This document shows, piece by piece, positions 27,101-42,100 of a stretch of DNA of 64,000 nt (position 1 is the stretch's first letter; every line of letters starts with the position of its first letter). Position numbers and translations under genes: made by a program. The stretch spans positions 38,628,001-38,692,000 of the forward strand of contig CM119372.1 of NCBI GenBank assembly GCA_051294905.1, written 5' to 3'. Origin of the DNA: Botryllus schlosseri. Its lineage: Eukaryota. The notes under the pieces were generated by a model that did no database searches, was not told where the DNA came from, and saw only the letters and a program-made list of their open reading frames with translations.

Positions 27101-30100
27101 TCCAATGGTTGATATCGATATTCTTTTGTAATATTGACTCCAGAATAATAATAATCGGTTGGGCGCTAATAAAAATATTAAGATATTGATATTAAGATTG
27201 AGGCTTCCGATGCCTTGACATCCGCTATGGTTTTACCCATTTGCACGAAATTAAATTCGCCGAGTATGACAATATATATCATCCCTACACTAGGAGGGTG
27301 TTAACAAAACATGTACGGTACAATAGAATATGTAAGTCTAACAATCTTTACAACAGACGGCGTGTTTAGCTCATACTGAATTCATGAAATTCATGCCATA
27401 TCATACCCGTCCATTTCTTCGAGTGCAGAATCAACGCGCACAAAATGTCGTACGCCAGAGACAAGGACTTTGCAAATTGGTACTGCCCCAGATTCTCGCA
27501 CATCGCCAACAGAGGTTTGGTGGCTTTAATCTCGCCCGCAGTCATTTCACGGGCTGCCAACAAAACATTTTCGGACAGCCGCTTTTGGAGGTGGGACACA
27601 AACAGGTCTGCTTTTGGAAACGCCTGTAGGAAAAAGGAAGGGTAATATCTAGGTTTGTAATGACCGGATTTGAGTCAATCTGCATATCGACTCGACTTGT
27701 CATTGAGCATGTTATATGACTCGAAAATCGGACGGCCAAAAACGACATTTTGTTGTAATTTCGAAGAATATTTAAGTTACCGCAATATTGGTAGGCTATT
27801 TTGTCTATTAGTACTAGTACTTGTAAATGCGACCACAAACTTTTCAAAATGAGGAACATGAGTATATCATGAATGCGAAGCAGAGTTGTACAAAGTAGGT
27901 TTAACAAGACTTCAACTCAAAACTGAACGGTCAACACAATGACTTGGACTCGAGTCGTAACACTGCGACTCAGACTCGAACCTCTGCTTGCTCGGACTTG
28001 ACTCCGTAGTGAATTGAAAATGACTCGACTCGAGTCAAAAGTATAGAATTGAGATTGACTTGCGACTCCGACCTTGTGACTTGGTTACAACCCTGATAGT
28101 TACCTCTGCTATACAAATGTGTAGCACCGTTAGAATAAGAATTTCATCTACAAAATTGATAGCAACCCGTTTGAGTAGGGACTGCAAGCGGACAAAACAC
28201 AATTGTGTGCTCCGAAAAAGCTGACCGTCACAATTATTATACAAGTATGGATACTGAACTTCTTTTCCTACCTTAGTGGTCATTTTGTAGAGCAGCCTCC
28301 AAGCATTGATGAATTTGACGTCGGCCCAATGCCTGTCCGGGACACCCTCCTCTCTGACAACGCCCAATACCACGTCCGAGTGCCGCCTGGAAAAACCACG
28401 TCAGGATTTGGAAATTCTTGAAAGTGGTTAATAACATCCAGATCTCCAAGAAAATATATGTGATACGAATGCCAGTTTTGTGCGTTCCATGTAACTATTT
28501 CTAATGGTGTTTTGAACAGAGGTGGCGAAGTTTCCAGCATTGGTGCACAAGTAGAAACAGCGACTTGCAAGGCATGTCAACACTACATGACATGAAACTC
28601 GAAAATGAAGGCACAAAAAGTAGCGGTTAATGCCAGATTTCTACTTCCAAAATGACAAAGTGAATCTTAGCAAGCAACGCCTAATGACTAATCGCACTAC
28701 AGACAGCTGCAATCTTAATAGGCTATATATATTCAGCAGTGTTTCAAAAACTATTTTTACACAATGTCCTCCTGAGCCGCAAACCAGGACGAATGCCCCC
28801 CTAACCCCATACTCCCGAAAGAAAAGTTGTTTGCTTGATTGCACACTGCACAGTCAGTACGTTGTCGTGTAGACTTTTGCATTGATTTAATTTGTTCGCA
28901 GCCCGACATACGCTATAGTCACATTTAGCACGAATACTAGGTCAGACACAATCATTGAGAACAATCATAACAAGGCAATTTATCGTCCAGATGATATTTC
29001 GTTATGGAGCAGTATGTGCTTGAAACTTAGAATAGCCCTTGTGGTATAGCTTATGTATATTTTTTTCAATTTTAATAACTGTTAAAATTTTCATCATTTC
29101 AATACATCACAAGACTGCGAGCCCAGGCGATGTAAATAAGAGGGGCATGAACACTGAACGAAAAGTGCAAGAAGATATTATAAAAGGACAGCGCCCCCTT
29201 CTTCTCGCAGCACGTCCCCCCTATAGCCCAATTTGCAGCTAGCACCCTATTTGACGAGCCCCAGCAAGGAGCCCAGTTGAGTATCCAGGGGCTTATTCCA
29301 CCCCGTTTTTATGACATTACCACACACAAAAGTGATGCTCTACTTGACAAAATTGTAATAGTTGAAACAAATTCACAGAAAATCTAAGCTGATACATATA
29401 TTGACATTGGAATGAACGTGAATACTTTCGGCTGACACTCGTCAGGGGTAATTATTAGCAACTAGTAGAGAATCGCAAAGAACATTGTATATCAACAATC
29501 GTATCAGATGAGCGACAGCCGTAAATATATTCCAGTTTATTTCAATATGAGTATCATGTTCAATTGTACAATTAATAACTCCAATAAGCTCTTAAAATCG
29601 AAATCCAAAATGCCTACCTGGATTGATCAGCGAGACAGTCTTCCGCACTGAGCAAAAACTTGAAAGCCCCGCTGACATTACGCTTCATATCTCTCCTGCT
29701 GATACATCCCTCCGATGACGACGCGCCACACGACAACGTAGACCGTACCACTTCCTCCACCAACTGCGGCACTATCAGCGACATGGGCGTGGACAGATCG
29801 GTCCAGCGGATGAGAGAGAGAACGCCGTTTCCGAGAGACGAGAAGTAAGCCGTTATTAGTTTGCGTAGGGTGGAGCGTTTTGGTGATGATTTGATGTCTG
29901 TGATGATGTCGTCGGGTAGGATGTCTGCGATGTCTTGAACCTTGAAAATATCAAATGACATGCAATTTCATTAGCAAAACATCGATACCGTACAACAGCT
30001 GAGTTGATCAGTAGGCCAGTTAACTATGAGTGATAAAAACCGAGTTATTGTAGTGTGAATCATGTGTAAACCAGTGGTTCTCAAACGGCGGTCCCAGGAC

Positions 30101-33100
30101 CAGTGCCAGTCCGTGGCAAGTCATCTGTCTGTTTGCCCGGTATATTAGAATTTTATAAATCAATTCCAAAATGCAAGAAGGTGAATGCTTGTTCATTAAT
30201 CATAGAAATAAAACATCAACTTTTATATTGTTTTCAAAGATCAGAATATATTTTTCTGCATGGTGTCGAAAATGTAGCATGCAACTATTCTCGGACAAGT
30301 TTATATTAAAGTTATTAAGACTTTTACACAAACTTCGTTACATTCCAATTAAACGACACTTGGCACGCATCAATATATCGGCTATGCTGTGCTATAGCAA
30401 TCAGCAAAGTCGTATTTCTTTCAACAAACTTTGCCACCGTCGCTTGCAGACACTTCAATAGAACTACTTGTAGATATACAATGTAAAAAAGGCGGCATTG
30501 AGGGAACTTTCCAATATTACGTTTGAGTTGTCTCTAGGCCTCCGATAACTATCGCATCGTAGTTACCGTACTCACTGAATGAGTGAATTCGAAAACATTG
30601 AAGCCATTGCCAAATAATAATTGCATCATCACAACAAACAGACTTTAGGCGACTTTACCTGCAGAAGGATATCGCAATATAATTTGAACGCGAGAACGTA
30701 TATGTCCATCAACTCTTCTTTTGCGAAGGTCTGATCCCCGTTTGGTGCTGCGTTCCAAATGTTATGATTACGATTTTGAGAAGACCATATCTTCATGAGC
30801 GCCAGAGTAGAGAGCAGGATAGCGTGACACGATGTCAAGTCCTGTACCAGGAATCTCGGCTCCACTGCAAAAGTAGAGCAGGATATTTGGTGTGGCTGAT
30901 ATATTAGTGTAAATGCAATAGTGATTCAGGTGAGTGCAGTGACAGAATTATGATGGGAGGTCACAGTAGATACTATATTTTTAAAATCCAAAATTTTCTA
31001 CTACAAAATATTCATTTTCGCGGGCTGGAAGCAAGCCCAATCATTAAAGTAACAAATTCATCAGATAGCCATAAAAATTTCATGCTCTAATAGCTTTAAT
31101 AGAATTCAAGGTGAAAATGGATGTACAGCACAATTGGTCCCCCTTTCAATGTTTAATACCTGGACATTGGTCACCAATAAAGTCACAAACGCTAAGAAAA
31201 ATTGAAAAATTTCGGTGTTTTTCGATTTAAATTCTATTTCAAACTAGCAGATCGTATCAGAACTGTAGGCCTACCTTGTATAGAATTATCTTTGACGATT
31301 GAGTTTTCGCGTCCCAAACTCTGATTGAATTGGCTTTCGTCTAAATCTTCCATTCTGAAAATGAAACCAACGTAGAGCAAATCAAGTCTTTGTTATGTGC
31401 AGATGGTAGGAATATTTGTCTCCCGATCGCAACAATGGGTCTTGACATTTGTAGTGGATTTAGGTTCTGAATCAATCTTTTGAATTTGGACTCGCTATTT
31501 TAGATAGACCCAGTGTTCGGATCAAGCCACTATCTTGGAGTTGCGAGTCATGTTTGATTCATGGAGAGCAGTTTGAAATTTTTTCACGGCACCTCACAAG
31601 TCAAGTCGCCCAAATTTGATGCAGAACATTGTATATAATCGACTTTACTCGAATTTTTCATGCCGGAGAGATCATATTTGATGATAAGAATGTCGATATA
31701 CAATGTTTTCTCCAATTCTTTACTAGTAGCTGACGATTACCCCTGATGTGTGCCAGGCGACAATGGCTGGGTCTATTTCAATATGAATAAACATTATTCA
31801 ATTGCACATTGAAGTTTGGTTCTCTTTCAAATCAATTTTGTTTTCAAATGGACCGTGCCTCGTAAAACTTCAATAGAACCACATACAGGACATCTGTCAT
31901 CAAAAAGGCAAAGGGACAATTCTCATTATATTGAAGTTTCCTGCATTTGCTTTATCCACATATTTGCCGTAACGACGTTTTAGGGTTTTCGAAGGATTTC
32001 CGATATGCAAAATTCATCTCGCTATTTAATGGTCACGAAGCTGAAAAGGTTGAAAAATTGGTCTCATCACTAAGGGCTGTAGTTTCGTACCACAACATGA
32101 CCAATGACCATCTCCAATCACGCTACCTCACAACTATGGAGTTATTATTGGTTTAGGGGTAGGGAGTAGTAGCAACATTCATTACCCCTACCTCCAACCC
32201 TCCTTCATAAAACCGGCATTTTTCTCCCGAATTAGTCTAATTACAAGATCATAATTATCTGCTTGTCCACCTCTGCTCTAGACTCGTAGTTTTATTCGTG
32301 GCTGACAACAAGATTTCAACCCGTCGTACATGCAACTTACAAAGCTGAAATCAAGGCGAGCTGCTCTGGGGACTTTTCCATTGTTTCGTCATCGTTGACA
32401 TCACGAGCCCCGTCAGGAAATAATCGGAAACGGACCGTTTTCACGATATTTCTCCAGCGTTCCTCTTTTTCTGAAGGCGCTTTCTCGGATTTTAACGGAA
32501 GAAAATACGACAGCGGCTCCAACACATTAACCTTAGAAGAGAAACAAAATAAAATGTCCAGTGGTGCAAAATGTAGCTTCATGACTACCGCAAAAAGACT
32601 GCTGACAAATAGGTAGAATGTTTAAAATTACAGTCATTTACCGTGATGAAGATGCTATTTTACACGGTAATTATGATAATTTCGCTCAAAAAGTGACGCA
32701 TATAAATAACCCAAAAGTATATACTACTTTTGAAAGTTCAATTCGCGAGTAACATCACCATTTCGGTGAGTAGCGGAAGTAAGCAGCATCTAAAAACCTA
32801 AAGGCATAACTATAACTAAAGGAACTAATTTGATAACAAGAGCTAGTCAACTAATCCACGCCGATACTCACGTAGCAGTAACGCCAAACTTTTATACTAA
32901 TTACAAGGGGAAGCAGCAAAGTCTGGTAAATGCATGAGAAAGTGGTTTCGAAAGTACATTTGGTCGCACGTAATTGGAGTGCAAGTAGATAAGGGGTGCC
33001 CATCTTGAGAAACAGAGGTCGAATATACCAAACGGGGTGATTGGGGGTGGAAATGTTATACCATACGGTACATAAATAAATATTTAATTACCACGGCAAA

Positions 33101-36100
33101 AAAATCACGTCAAGACAGCTCATTCCACGTATCACGCGAACATTAACTAAAAAAAGGTAGGCTCAACAGAGCACCTACTTAAAAAAATGACTTTTTTTTT
33201 GGTCAATTCACCAGCGATCAGAGTTGGGTGAATAAATTAACCGTTTACATATCCTCTTTTTCAAATCCCTAAAATATGGGGGCAAAAATTTGAGTCAAGC
33301 TTGATAAGGGTGAGTCAAATGAGAGATTTTATCTACTTCATTACCGTACTACAAAAAAAAGGAAGCACTTTGTTACTGACCTCAACGTCTGACCAAACAT
33401 CAGGCTAACTATTAGCTAATAAATGATAACTAGGGCGATTTTTTTACACGTCAAAAAAATCAAAATTAGGTCAAAATTGTACCGTTAGGTCAAAAAATGT
33501 CAAACTTTTTTAGACATTCTAAATTTATTTGCAACCTGCATTTCGTTTGTATCGTAGATTTTACACTGTCGGTGAACTTATCGTTTGAAATTTTACAGCT
33601 TGTTGCCTGTTTTATAGGCCTATCGTATTAGATGCCGCATTATCTGCTCATTGTGAATCATAAACATTCAAATGAAACAAATAGGTTGACACTGTGTTAT
33701 GCTCAACGTAACGCAATATCCCAACTGAAGCAAGACTGTGTGGGCATCGCACGATTCTATGTCAAGAAGCGCATGATGAAAAATCGTGATGTAGACACCA
33801 TTGCCAGAATGAAGCAACACGTTTTGTCACCAGCAGTGTACGTGCAACTTGAGTGTTGTCAGCCAACAACTGCTGCTGCCGAATGTTCTTTCTCCGTTCT
33901 TGGCAAGCTACTTAGTCAGGACAGACACTTTCTACCCGAGAATGTAGGAAAGTATCTTTTGTTGTACTACAACCAATTTTCATTATTTTTACCGTAATAT
34001 GTGATGTAACTACTGGAATTCTTCAAAGGGCCTGATTTCGTTACAAGAGAGTTTTTCATGTAAAAATTTGTCAGTCTTTGAGTCAAAGAAGTTTTTTCAG
34101 GTCAAACTACTTCGTAAGGACAGACAGTTCGAACCAGCAATGAAGATAAGTAGCACAATTCTAACATTTTGTGGAAAAACACCTAATTTGCATACGTTAG
34201 GTCAAAATTAGTTTTTTTTAAGGTAACAAAATGTCAAAATTTTGATTTTCAAGTCAAAATCTTCCTGTTTTTTAGGTTAAAAAAATCGACCTACTAATAA
34301 CCATAAAAGTTCACCTGTAAACCGGTGCAGTTGATAACCCTCCAAATTTTCAAAACAACATCCGCCAGACTGCTAACGATCAAGTCCGCATGGGTCACGT
34401 TGTCCGCCAGCTTCAAGACGGCCACGGAGTAACCGTCCGCGCAAAGCAGCAATTTTAATGTCGGATGCATGCTGATCGAATAATGCGGCTTGCGTTTTTT
34501 GGGCGGCAACACGGTAGACTGCAGGGACGTGTCTGTCGAGTCTTCGATGTCTGGGTACTTTGTGTCGACGGCCGGCCTGGGTATGAGAAAAGCACAATAT
34601 TCAAGTACATTTTGTCTATTGTTAAGTTGAAGAAAAATAACGGGAATGAAAGAAAATAAAATCAAACCACATTGATGTACGCCAGTGGTTCTCCACCTTT
34701 TTGCCTTCGCCTATATTACAATAGCAAGGTCTTTGATATCAGCGAAGAGCTTTTCAAAAAAGTGAGTTGAACCTGACTTGAACTCGATAATGAACAGTGA
34801 TCACTTTGACTTGGACTCGGTCCAGGGTTGTAACCAAGTCACAAGGTTCCGAGTCACAAGTCAATCTCACTTTTATAATTATGACTTCGAGAGTCAAGTC
34901 GAGTCATTTTCAACGTTTATCGCATTTGAAAAAATGACTAGAGTCATAACCAAGTCACAATCCAGCAGATCTTCCAATAACTATTAGTCACTACAAAACT
35001 TAAAGTTGACCGAACTTGGGCAAGATGTGAAATGCATTATAGATTCCTATTTGACCAAGGATTCGAAATTCAAAGCAGAAAATGTTATTAATTAATCTCT
35101 GCTCCCTTACCGCCTAAACCCCATGAAGCCTTCCAGCGGCAGAAAATTGCCGGGCCCGAAATTTTCAGCGGGACTCTGCGCGACAATCTTCATGACGAAT
35201 CCATTGGCCGATATCAAAGACACGGCGCCCTGTCTGGTCACGCAGGCCAGGAACAGATGGTCCGCGGTCCAGCTTAGGCCAGTGATCCAGAAGCTCCTGT
35301 AACAAGGGCCGCTGGAATAAGTCTTTGAGACGGGTTTAGCAAATAAAATCAGAGATTTAGAGTTGATATATTTTACGGCAGTCATCACTTGATACTGCAG
35401 TCTGACCACTGACCATTCAGAAATAATTTTCCAGAAAGCAAATAAATATTATAATTAGAGCCTGACCAACAGGGTCGTTCAGAAATAGCTTTTTTCTTCA
35501 AATTTGAATGGCAACCTCATGAAGTTGTCTGAAAAACGATGCATTGCAAATTTGGTTCAATTTCAACCAGTAGAAAAAGTGACTGGCGTTCAAAATTTTG
35601 GATTTTAGATAATAGTTTTTCTGTTGGGCAGTTGTTGTATATTCAGATCAAAGAATTTCCCAAATACTATTTTTTAACACACAAAAGTTTGTGCTCCTGC
35701 AGCTTCTTTATCACAGGTTGGAACTGAGTCAAATTTGATGCGAGCGTTTTTTTTAGCCAAGGTAACAATTTTATAAAATAACAAGTAAGATTAGAAGAAA
35801 AGAGTTATTTTTGAACAACCCCGCTGATCAATTATAATTATCGCTTTGCCGACAACACCGAGCCAATATCACACTTTGAAATATATATCGGCATCGGCCA
35901 TAAAAGGAGAAAAAATATTGGGAATTGGCGACAATTAGACTGGGTTGGTTCTCAAGTAGGATGTAGATTCATATATTTCTATTCAAGAACAAGTAAAAGT
36001 AGGCTACTAATTTTCGATCTCCAAGTAGATTAAATATTATTTTAAGGTAAGTATTTTAGGCCTAGTTTGGTGGAAGTACTTATAGGCTACTGGGGTTGTT

Positions 36101-39100
36101 CTAAAATAACTTTTGACATCAAATTTGAAAGGCAATTCGCTAAAATTGGTAGGGTGGCTAAACAAACGCTGTACACCAAATTTGGCTCAATTCCCAACAT
36201 GTATAGGCAAAGCTATTAGATTTGGAGAATTTTAAATTTGTTAAAAGATTTATTTTTTCAAATTCGACTGTCCATCCCATGATGTTATCAAGTTGTCTGA
36301 AATAATGGTGTATGACAAATTTGGCTTAATTCTAACTAGTAGCAGTAACCTTTTTGGAGCATAACATATGGTAAATTCTATACTTATATACTTATTATAG
36401 AACTACGCACCATAAATGCTATGATTACGAATCCAAAATTTTTAGCATCAATAACTTTGCTTCTACAGATTAGAATTGAGTAAAATTTGCTACGCATATG
36501 GGGTTGACAGTAAAATTTGAATTGTTTTCAATTCTTTTTTTATTAATATGTAAAATATCTCAACACCAATAGCCATTGAGCCAAATTTGGTGTGAAGCGT
36601 ATTCTTAGCCTACCTAAGAATTTCATTGAATAGCCAGTATAACTTGAAGACAAAAGTTATTTTCGAACAAGCGCAAATGTGTATACATAGTACAAACATC
36701 TGGTCCACGTCCAAAAAAGGTCACACAGCCGAGTTCTAAAACACCATTTCCCTACCAAACTGCTCAGTACTAGAATAAAGACTAACATGTCAACGGCGTT
36801 TTCAAGAATATCCGCAAAGCTGACGGTGATCAGACCGCCTGAGATCGGGTGAATCAGAAATATCTTTGTCGCGCTCGGTTTGCGTTGATTGACTGCCACG
36901 GCCAGAGTGGTTCCGTTTCGGGACCAGCACGGTATCAAAGAGTCGCGGTAGCTGTAAAAACAAACGCCAGGTTTAGATACAGATTACAGAATTCCGATTA
37001 TGCATGTAAGGCTATAAAATGGCACGGTTTCTAATTGAATGGAAATCTTTAGGAACCAGCAAAAAAAAGGGCTTTTGTAAGTTATATTAGGACACTGTAT
37101 GCATTATGCTGTGATACCATTGGTGATACAATTATTGAGGCAACAATTTTGCTACTTGGCTGCTACTGGTTGCTTTTGATAACCAATGACGACAGAGTTG
37201 TACAAACTACTGGATCAGAACTTGAATTAGCATTAGAAATAGAATTGCCCGCTTTCAAAATGTGTAACTAGAACTAGAACTGTAACTACTCACTTTTCAA
37301 ATATCGCAACTAAAACTAGAACTAGGTACCGTGCTCACTTTTCAAATCTCGATACTAAACTAGAACTACCGTACTCGCTTTTCAAAACTTTTGACTACAA
37401 CTAGAGTTATAGAACTACTCACTTTTTTGCAGGGTTGTGATGACTCGAGTTTCTGATGACTCGAGTTTCTGATGACTCGAGTTTCTGATGACTCGACTTG
37501 ACTCGAGTCATTTTCACAAAATACTGAAATGACTCGACTCGACTCGAGTCAATCTGTGTATTGACTCGACTTGGACTCGAGTCATTGCGCATGACTCGAA
37601 CCAAGTCATATGACTCGAGACTCAGACGGCCAAGACCGACATTTCATGGTAATTTCGAAAAACAGTTAAGTAACCACCCTATTGGGATTTGGTCGATTGG
37701 TCTGGTGCTTGAAAATGCGACCAGAAACTGTTAAAATTGAGTAAAATTGTATATTATAAATGAGAACCATTCGATATCACCAAACAGTTGTAAAAGTGGG
37801 TTTAACAAGACTTTAACTGGAAACTGAGCAGTCAACACAATGACTTGGACTCGGACTGCAGTCACAACATCATGACTTGGACTCGAACCTCTGCTCGATG
37901 ACTTGGACTCGGACTTGACTCGGTGGTGAATTGAAAATGATTCGACTTGACTCGAGTCAAAACTGTAAAAGTGAGATTGACTTGTGACTCGGAGCTTAGT
38001 GACTTGGTTACAACCCTGCTTTTTTGAAATCTTGCAACTAAAACTAGAACTACCGTACTCGCTTTTCAAAACTTGCAACTAGAACTAGAATTGGAACTAC
38101 CGTAATTTTCCGAATATAGTGCGCCCCCATGTATAATACGCACCCTTAAAATGGCATGTACATTCTGGGAAATTCTGTACCCATGTATAGTACGCACCGT
38201 GCATTCGAAGTACATGAATAGTTGTGTTTTAATACACGATGTTGTTCTGTTTTGCGATGTCACTGTCGAACAATCATGACATAACCATCGCTAACCATAA
38301 TACAATTAACGGCATTGTCTCTAAACTAAAGTAGATAGTAACCATAGTCTGCGAGGCTGGCGACGTGATAGTTCATGCTAGCAACACACGAAATCTTGCG
38401 CACGAGGCCTATTACAATTACAGATGCGATTGCTCATGCCAAAGGTTATGTCGGGCACACCAGTCCTGTTGGAGATGCGACTGATTACGCAAGCGATTAT
38501 ATCTTGCGCACATGGCCTCTTGTGTATGCGATTGTTCAGACCTGCTGTTGACACGATGAATCAGCAAGGATTGCCGCGCACCCTTGTAGCAATCAGCGAC
38601 CTAATTTCGATAGCGTACAAAGGCAAACTATCTCAGCAAGAGATCGCGTGCTGTGCAGCAGACAACTCTCGTTAATTGGCAACACGCTTCTCTATTTGAC
38701 AGCGCGTCACACTCTATAACACGAATTACGAGCACGATGGCTAGAGGTGATGCGCGATTGGAAACAAACATGAAGAACGCTGTGATTTCAAGTTTTTGAT
38801 TGAGGGAGAATTTTTCCAAGGCTTGCTGTACCCAAGTATAATACGCACCCCCCTATTTTAGGGTGAAAAATTGGTAAAATTTTGCGCATTATACATGGAA
38901 AATTACGGTGCTCACTTTTTTCAAATCTCACAACTAGAGCTAGAACTAGAACTACTCACTTTTTGAATCTCTGAACTAAAACTAGAACAACCGTACTCAC
39001 TTTTCAAAACTTTTGACTACAACTAGAGCTATAGAACTACTCACTTATCAAATCTCGCAACTAGAACTAGAACTACTCACTTTTCAAAACTTGCAACTAC

Positions 39101-42100
39101 AACTAAAGCCAGCACTACTCATTTTGCAAACCTCGCAACTAGAACTAGAATTAGAACTACCATAATTTTCCAAGTATAGTACGCCCCATGTATAATAATG
39201 ACTTGTGACTCGGAGCTTAATGACTTGGTTACAACCCTGCTTTTTTGAAATCTTGCAACTAAAACTAGAGCTACCGTACTCACTTTTCAAAACTTGCAAC
39301 TAGAACTAGAATTGGAACTACCGTAATTTTCCGAATATAGTGTGCCCCCGTGTAAAATACGCACCCCTAAAATAGCATGTAAATTCTGGGAAAAGGCCTG
39401 TACCCATGTATAGTACGCACCCTGCATTTCAGTACATGAATAGTTCCGATTTCGTATACGACGTCATTCTGTTTTGCTATGTCACTCTTAAATAATCATT
39501 ACACAACAATCGCTAATCATTATACAATTAGCGGGATTGTCTTTAAACGATGGTAGATAGCAGCCAAAGCCTGCGAGGCGGGCGGCGCGACATCTTGAGC
39601 ACGAGGAGACCTTTTACAGTTGCGATTGCTAATCATTATACAATTAACGGTATTGTCTCTAAACGATAGTAGATAGCAGCCAAAGTCTGCGAGGCCGGCG
39701 GCGAGTTAGTTTAGGCCAACGAACCGACATCTTGCGCACGATGCCTATTACAGATGTGATTGCGCCTAGGCTAACGGTTATGTCATGCGCAACAGGTCTG
39801 TTGGAGATGCGACTGATTACGCAAGCAATTATATCTTGCGCACATGGCCTCTTGTGTACCGTAAACCGGGGTAACATTGAACAATTTTCTACAATTCCGC
39901 TCTGTATCTTGGAAATGCTGGGGTGTAGGGGAGGCAAGTTTTGTGTTTTTCATGGGTCATGGAGCAAAGATGAGAATTACCTAATCCAAAATCTTCATGG
40001 TCATAAATAAGTACCTTATTTTCGTAAATTATCCGTGTCCAAAGTTACCCCTGCATGTGGGGTAACTTTGGACAATGTAGTTTTCTGTATGCCTTTACAC
40101 TCTATTGTTTATGAAACCTCGTAAATAAGGCTTATTTGGCAAGAGTTGATGAGATCAGTGGCTAAAACTGAAACAAAATAGTTTGTCTGGCCTATAGCAT
40201 GATTTTTACCTAATCCACCCCCCTCAAAAAAATTAGGTAGTTTATGAAGGGTAATGCTCCCTTATTCATCCCTTATCTCAATTTTTCCTCATGCCTTCAC
40301 CAATTTGGACTTATAAATAACATATATATGGTGATGAGGGGTATCCCACTGGCAGTGTCAGCAACCGACAGCAAACATTAAGCTGTTACCGTGAATTATT
40401 GCCGATTTCAAATATGTTACTGTTCTTTAAAAGAATCACTTTCCCTTTACTATGTCCTCTGATGGATATATTTGTCATGATTTACGATATCCCATATTCA
40501 GCAGGCACATCTTTAGGAGTATGTGATAAGTTTTTGAAGTAGCTTACGCCCGATTACAATCTCTCAACTCATTGCCTACCCATTTTTCATATTTTGGCAA
40601 ACTCTTAATTTGTTGACCGTCTCATTCCATTTTAAAAAGCCATCAGGCCGGTCATAATGACTATAGTCGACGATACACTTTGACACAGATGAAGCAGCCA
40701 CTTTCCAGAGCTCTCAATATCACATTTTCCACTGTCCAAAGTTGCCCCGTTCTGATGAAATTTTACGGGGCAACTTTGGACATCACATTTTCTTGTATTG
40801 ATCTAAGGGTGAGCCCACTGAGATTTTTGCCATGCATTAAGACTACTTAGAGGTATCTGCTGCCAAGTTTTGAATCTATGAATCACATGCTATCTATGTT
40901 TGGTTGTAAGAAGTTTAATGGCCATCAATTTTGATGAAATTGACCCCCTCCATTAATTTATCAATGTTCATGTCAAGTTTAACTTGTAGTGAAATGAATC
41001 CATCTTTTATTGAGACTACTTGTGGTACTCTTGCCTCATGAAAAAGAATTGGACATCCAACGGCAACCATTTTCCATCAATAACCATTTAAATCTTTTAC
41101 TGCTTAGTGTCCAAAGTTACCCTTAAGTCCAAAGTTACCCCGGTTTACGGTATGTATAAATTGCATATGCGATTGTTCGGGCCTGTCGTTGACGCGATGA
41201 ATTGGCGAGAATTGCCGCGCGCGAGTGTCTATTAGTGACCTAATTTCGCTCGCGTACAAACGGCAAACCAACTCAGGAGGAGATCGCGTGCTTTTGCACA
41301 CGACTCTCATTAATTGGTAACACGCTTCCCACTAATTACTACGCGCGATGGCTGAAATTGATGCGCGATTGGAAACAAACATAAAGATACCGTAGGTGTG
41401 ATTTCACGTTTTTTATCGAGAGAGATTTTTTTCATGGCTTGTTGTACCCATGTATAATACGCACCCCCTATTTTAGGGCAAAAAATCGTGAAAACTTTGC
41501 GGATTATACATGGAAAATTACGCTACTCACTTTTTAAATCTCATAATTAGAACTAGAATTAGAACTACTCACTTTTTCAAATCTTGCAACTACAACTAGA
41601 GCTAGATCTAGTCACATTTTAAAATGCACAACTACAATTAGAACTCAAACTACTCACTTCTCAAAATCCTCTACTAAAATTAGAACTACTCAAAATTACT
41701 AGATTTGTAGTTGGGTCAGATCATGTCAGGTGATACAGGCCATATTTCCACCATCTTGGATTGTCATGAAGATAGGCTGCCTTACAGAGCTGTGTTTTCT
41801 GATTTCAGGAAATCAAATTTCATCAAAAAAGGTCATCTTGAACCGAAGCTATGACCGTCCAAAAATTGCTATTTTTGTGATCGCTCAAGCGGAAAAAATA
41901 TCAGAAATTTATACATGTAGTTTAAATTTGCTATATTTCGGTCAAATTAGGGTTGTTGAGAGTGACACTTACACACTTGTTCATTTATATCCTGCTTGAT
42001 ACTTTTTCGATTTCTTCGACACTTGGAGTTGCATAGTCTGACCTTTAACCTTATGATTTTGTTCATGTCTTTGAAAATCACTCACGCGTGACTTCATTTT

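Noticed and set aside
28280..28570. 96-aa minus ORF as the CPLANE1 exon
   Set aside because: The overlapping frame (AWRLLYK) fits both the splice phases and the CPLANE1 motif.
37439..37496. CRISPR-like direct repeats (GATGACTCGAGTTTCT x3)
   Set aside because: Head-to-tail with no spacers, inside a hAT MITE, in eukaryotic DNA with no cas genes.
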